Assembly (NCBI GenBank): GCA_036770925.1
Contig: DAIPIF010000001.1
Location: 1-32,009, forward strand
Source: Psychrobacter sp.
Lineage (GTDB): Bacteria > Pseudomonadota > Gammaproteobacteria > Pseudomonadales > Moraxellaceae
Length of the DNA: 32,009 bases
Direction of reading: 5' to 3'
Of this stretch, positions 27,948 to 32,009 are shown in pieces (the first letter of the stretch is position 1; each line of letters starts with the position of its first letter). The position numbers were made by a program, and so were the translations under genes. The notes below the pieces were generated by a model, which saw only the letters and a list, made by a program, of their open reading frames with translations, searched no databases and was not told where the DNA came from.

Positions 27948-28742
27948 CTAGCGCTTTTTTAGGGCATTGGGTAGTTTATGTAATTGGTTAATCATCAGCT
28001 CAGCAGCTTTTTGCTCCGCAATACGCCGACTTTCACCTGATTCTGTAATATTGGGGCACTGGTCTATATTGACCTGACAGCGCACCACAAATATCTGATT
28101 GGGCGCATTGCCACGGGTTTCTAACAGCTCATAAATAGGTAAATCAAACTGCTTGGATTGCAGCCATTCTTGTAGACGACTTTTGGCATCTTTGAGAACT
28201 TTTTGGTCATTGACCTCATTAATCAAATCCCCATACCACGCCAGCACACAGTCGCGGGTCACCTCCATATCTTGGCTATCCAAATAAATAGCGCCAATCA
28301 ATGACTCAACCGCATCGGCTAATATCGAAGCCCGATTGCGACCACCGCCTTTACGCTCGCCAACCCCTAAAATCAGATGATTGGACAGCTCTAAATCTTG
28401 GGCGATAATGACCAAAGACTCTTGGCGCACTAAAGTGGCGCGCATGCGGGTCAAACGCCCCTCATTTTGGGTCGGATGCCGATGATATAAAGCTTCACCC
28501 ACAATCATACCGAGTAGCGCATCTCCCAAAAACTCTAAGCGCTCGTAGTTTTTTTTGCTATCAAAAGAGCGATGGGTCAACGCCAGTTTGGGCAAGCTTG
28601 GGTTTTTAAAGACGTAGCCGAGCTTGCGCGTTAAGACGCTCAAACGCTGAATAAATTCAGAGCTAATGGGTAAGGTTTCCATCAGTGCGCTATTTGATTG
28701 AGCAGCAGGCACCGTTTGATACTGGGGTGAAGTTGATTTCAT
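27948..28742 (-). CDS. rnc: Ribonuclease III
   Basis: ALTHRS, ERLEFLGDALL signature, ADAVESLIGAIYLD, dsRBD DAKSRLQE...AEQKAA. Confidence 0.98.
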   Translation of the reverse strand: MKSTSPQYQTVPAAQSNSALMETLPISSEFIQRLSVLTRKLGYVFKNPSLPKLALTHRSFDSKKNYERLEFLGDALLGMIVGEALYHRHPTQNEGRLTRMRATLVRQESLVIIAQDLELSNHLILGVGERKGGGRNRASILADAVESLIGAIYLDSQDMEVTRDCVLAWYGDLINEVNDQKVLKDAKSRLQEWLQSKQFDLPIYELLETRGNAPNQIFVVRCQVNIDQCPNITESGESRRIAEQKAAELMINQLHKLPNALKKR

Positions 28743-28838
28743 GCGTGAATTATAATTACCCTGTAGTTTTTAATACTTAAAAGGTTTAAAGACAGTGTGA
28801 TTTAAATGGTGGTTTTTTAATGGCTTATTTATATCTGT

Positions 28839-29234
28839 TTATTTTGCAGGAGAGGCTTCGATATCACCCTCAAAGCGATTGACGATATCCACATTAGCAA
28901 ACAAGTTATTGGTTTTAGAGTAGTTTTTTCGAATGGCTAATTGCCCAGGGGTGCTATTGGTAAACACAAACACCTCTTCTACATTGGTGTCATAATCGGC
29001 ATTGACAGATAATTGCTGAGTGACTTTACTCATAAACTGTTTCGGAGAATCGCCATTGTTATTGGCATCTCTTAACTGGTCGCTCAATGTTTTGGTGAGC
29101 TGATAATCGCCAATTTGGGCAGGAACAATCGCCACAACCAACTTACCGGCGATAACAATAAAAATGAGGATCATGACAATACCGCTCACGCTCGCCCCGC
29201 GCTGTGAGGATAAACTGCTCAGTTGCTGCGCCAT
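28839..29234 (-). CDS. DUF4845-like membrane-anchored protein
   Basis: QRG followed by a hydrophobic helix ending VP; C-terminal NLFANVDIVNRF; conserved slot between lepB and rnc; SD AGGAG fixes the start at 29234. Confidence 0.8.
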   Translation of the reverse strand: MAQQLSSLSSQRGASVSGIVMILIFIVIAGKLVVAIVPAQIGDYQLTKTLSDQLRDANNNGDSPKQFMSKVTQQLSVNADYDTNVEEVFVFTNSTPGQLAIRKNYSKTNNLFANVDIVNRFEGDIEASPAK

Positions 29235-29377
29235 AATGACTCCTAAAACAACCATTAAATAAGGTGATAAAGCGATAACCGTCTGTTTTTATTCTCATAG
29301 CTATCGCGCTATTATTAATATTAGCATACTATCTTATAAAAAAAGTGATTGCTAATAGCCCGTGCAAAGCATCAGTA

Positions 29378-30490
29378 CTACTCAATAGAGCCATTACGAG
29401 CAAAGGTAGGTAGCTTGATACCAGGTGGCTTATGCATCCAAATATAAACCGCTTTTCCGGCTAAATGGTCATCAGGGACAAAGCCCCAAAAGCGCCCATC
29501 TGCACTACGATCTCGGTTATCACCCATCACAAAGTAATGACCTTCAGGTACTTTAATCTGCCATTGGGTGCCTTGAGAGGCGATGACCTCTGGTGCTTGC
29601 TGCTGCAAAAATGGCGCGTACTGCGCACTATTACTATTTACACCCTCTAAATAACGGGCTAAATGCTTATTATCGCCTTGAATTTCTTCAATATACTGCG
29701 CTTGCGTTTCTTCCTCTTGTCCCATTTGCACCGCATCTTCAGGAGATAACCTCTGCCCAGGAGCGACTTGACCGGGGGCGTACAGCTGCGAGGTCAACGT
29801 AGGGTCAGCGCTAAAATCAACCGTTTGCGTGGCAACAGGCACGCCATTAATGGAAATCTGCCTTTGGTCATAGCTGACCGTGTCGCCCGCCAGTCCAATC
29901 ACGCGCTTGATATAATAAATACTGGGATTCTCAGGATAACGAAACACCATCACATCGCCATGTTCAGGGCTACCCGTATCGAGTATTTTATTATAAGTCA
30001 GCGGCAGCCGTACCCCATAAGCATATTTATTGACCGCAATAAAATCACCGGTATATAACGTTGGCACCATGGAGGATGAGGGAATATTAAACGGCTCAAG
30101 CAAAAATGAGCGCACGATTAATACTACGGCAAGCACTGGGAAAAAGTCGTAGGCCCAGCGGATAGGCGCACTTTCGGTATGATTGAGCGTTTTTGTACTG
30201 GCAATATTAGCATCGCTTTTACGTTGCCAGTACTCATCAAAAGCAGGATGAACGGAGGTAGGCAGCGCGTCTTTATTGAGACTATTTAAGTCGGTATACT
30301 GCACATTCTCATCTTTTAATAAGGCGATTAAGATGGCTTCTTGACGTTCTAAGTGTTCAGACGCTTGGGTATAATCTTGAATATTTTTTTTATAACCACT
30401 GCGCTGCTTGAGCCATAATTTATCTAATAGCCAAATAAATCCGAGCACTAAGGTGATGGGCACCAAAATTATATTAAAATCAAAATCCAT
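29378..30490 (-). CDS. lepB: Signal peptidase I
   Basis: RSFLLEPFNIPSSSMVPTL (catalytic Ser), YIKRVIG (catalytic Lys), GDNRDRSADGRFWGFVP. Confidence 0.97.
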   Translation of the reverse strand: MDFDFNIILVPITLVLGFIWLLDKLWLKQRSGYKKNIQDYTQASEHLERQEAILIALLKDENVQYTDLNSLNKDALPTSVHPAFDEYWQRKSDANIASTKTLNHTESAPIRWAYDFFPVLAVVLIVRSFLLEPFNIPSSSMVPTLYTGDFIAVNKYAYGVRLPLTYNKILDTGSPEHGDVMVFRYPENPSIYYIKRVIGLAGDTVSYDQRQISINGVPVATQTVDFSADPTLTSQLYAPGQVAPGQRLSPEDAVQMGQEEETQAQYIEEIQGDNKHLARYLEGVNSNSAQYAPFLQQQAPEVIASQGTQWQIKVPEGHYFVMGDNRDRSADGRFWGFVPDDHLAGKAVYIWMHKPPGIKLPTFARNGSIE

Positions 30491-30591
30491 ACTCAGTTGC
30501 CTATTGACGAGCTATTTATCTAACGGAATGAACCAATAAACCTGCCAGCATAAGGACAGGTTTAGGAATAATGACAGTGACAATAGCCAAT

Positions 30592-32009
30592 CTAATCGAC
30601 TTGCAACACGGCAAGGAACGCCTCTTGAGGAATCTCCACGTTGCCCACTTGCTTCATACGTTTTTTACCGGCTTTTTGCTTAGACAGCAGCTTTTTCTTA
30701 CGCGAGACGTCGCCACCATAACATTTGGCGAGGACGTCTTTACGCATGGCTTTTACCGTACTGCGCCCGATAATTTGGCTACCAATGGCGGCTTGAATCG
30801 CCACATCAAACATTTGACGCGGAATCAGCTCTTTCATTTTACCAACCAAGGCATTACCACGATAGCGGGATTGGGTTTCGTGCACAATCATCGCTAATGC
30901 ATCGACTTTTTCACCATTAATCAGTACGTCAACTTTGACCAACTTATCCACTTGATAACGCTCAAAATTATAATCGAGTGAGGCAAAACCACGTGAGACA
31001 GATTTTAGGCGGTCAAAGAAATCCATCACCACCTCGCCCATCGGAATATCAAATATCAGCTGTACTTGACGACCCATAAAGCGCATATCCACCTGCACAC
31101 CGCGGCGCTCGATACACAAGGTCATGACGTTACCCAAGTAATCTTGTGGTACTAAAATCTGACAGCGCGCAATCGGCTCACGGAATTCTTCAATATTATT
31201 AGGCTCAGGCAGTCGTGATGGGTTATCAACATAGAGGATATCGCCATTTTTCTTCACAATCTCATAGATAACTGACGGCGCGGTGGTAATCAAATCCAAG
31301 TCATACTCACGCTCTAAGCGCTCTTGGATAATCTCCATGTGTAGCATACCGAGGAAACCACAACGAAAGCCAAAGCCAAGGGCGTCAGAGGTATCTGGCT
31401 CAAAAAACAGTGAGGCATCATTAATTTGCAGTTTTTGCAGCGCTTCACGGAACTTTTCAAAGTCACTAGAGTCAACGGGAAACATACCCGCATAAACTTG
31501 CGGCGTGATTTGTTTAAAACCTGGGATACGCTCGACATCAGGGGTTTTGGCATGGGTAATGGTATCGCCCACGGGCGCGCCTGCAATGTCTTTAATACCG
31601 GCGATAATAAAGCCCACTTCACCTGCTTGTAGCATACCCGTATCAAGCGGCTTAGGGGTAAAGACCCCGATAGAGCCGACTAAATGCGACTCTTTGGTGG
31701 ATTTAATATACAGCTTATCGCCTTGCTTAATCGTGCCTTCACGCACACGTACCAGCGACACCACGCCTAAATAATTATCAAACCATGAGTCGATAATTAA
31801 AGCTTGTAGCGGCGCGTCACGGTCACCCGTTGGCGCAGGAATAAACTCGACCAGTGCCTCAAGCAGCTTATCGACGCCTAAACCTGATTTTGCCGACACC
31901 CGCGGCGCATCCACAGCATCAATACCAATGATGTCCTCAATCTCTTGAATCACCCGCTCAGGCTCAACTTGTGGCAAATCAATCTTATTGAGCACCGCCA
32001 TCACCTCAA
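30592..32009 (-). CDS. lepA: Elongation factor 4 (LepA), 5'-truncated by the window edge
   Basis: [48 protein letters not shown]; frame open to the end of the window. Confidence 0.98.
   Translation of the reverse strand, partial: EVMAVLNKIDLPQVEPERVIQEIEDIIGIDAVDAPRVSAKSGLGVDKLLEALVEFIPAPTGDRDAPLQALIIDSWFDNYLGVVSLVRVREGTIKQGDKLYIKSTKESHLVGSIGVFTPKPLDTGMLQAGEVGFIIAGIKDIAGAPVGDTITHAKTPDVERIPGFKQITPQVYAGMFPVDSSDFEKFREALQKLQINDASLFFEPDTSDALGFGFRCGFLGMLHMEIIQERLEREYDLDLITTAPSVIYEIVKKNGDILYVDNPSRLPEPNNIEEFREPIARCQILVPQDYLGNVMTLCIERRGVQVDMRFMGRQVQLIFDIPMGEVVMDFFDRLKSVSRGFASLDYNFERYQVDKLVKVDVLINGEKVDALAMIVHETQSRYRGNALVGKMKELIPRQMFDVAIQAAIGSQIIGRSTVKAMRKDVLAKCYGGDVSRKKKLLSKQKAGKKRMKQVGNVEIPQEAFLAVLQVD

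Noticed and set aside
30537..30564. TAAACCTG...CAGGTTTA hairpin between lepA and lepB as a terminator
   Set aside because: Imperfect stem and weak T tract inside a conserved operon; more likely a processing or stability hairpin.
702..31774. The many 60-150 aa alternative-frame or antisense ORFs in the track (e.g. 702-1058, 5788-6228, 16620-16946, 30571-30897)
   Set aside because: Nearly all overlap well-supported genes and none has recognisable motifs; treated as shadow ORFs.
1..32009. CRISPR arrays, tRNA/rRNA, IS elements, prophage or defence genes
   Set aside because: No repeat-spacer periodicity, RNA-gene signatures, or transposase/integrase motifs seen by eye; a covariance-model scan was not possible.

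Overview
Mostly core-genome window from a Moraxellaceae bacterium, most likely Psychrobacter. This is inferred from gene order (gacS/barA-cysM-exonuclease-rlmD-relA; lepA-lepB-DUF4845-rnc-era-recO-pdxJ), an OMP-CD/OprF-type OmpA and long N-terminal extensions on housekeeping proteins. It holds 25 supportable CDSs (lepA is truncated at the right edge), several clear intrinsic terminators and extended -10 promoters. I see no RNA genes, CRISPR or mobile elements. The most interesting element is at the left end (229-3898, minus strand): a compact, receptor-less chemosensory-like module. It consists of a membrane-anchored kinase (TM-periplasmic sensor-TM-PAS-like-HPt-CheA-type ATPase, no CheW domain; the 'class III' histidine kinase architecture), a single-domain CheY-like regulator and two tandem CheX phosphatase paralogues. 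An orphan amino-acid-binding lipoprotein lies directly upstream and could be its input. Also notable are an orphan FimT-like minor pilin with repeated motifs upstream, a GacS receiver domain interrupted by a ~60-aa insertion, and two conserved genes of unknown function.
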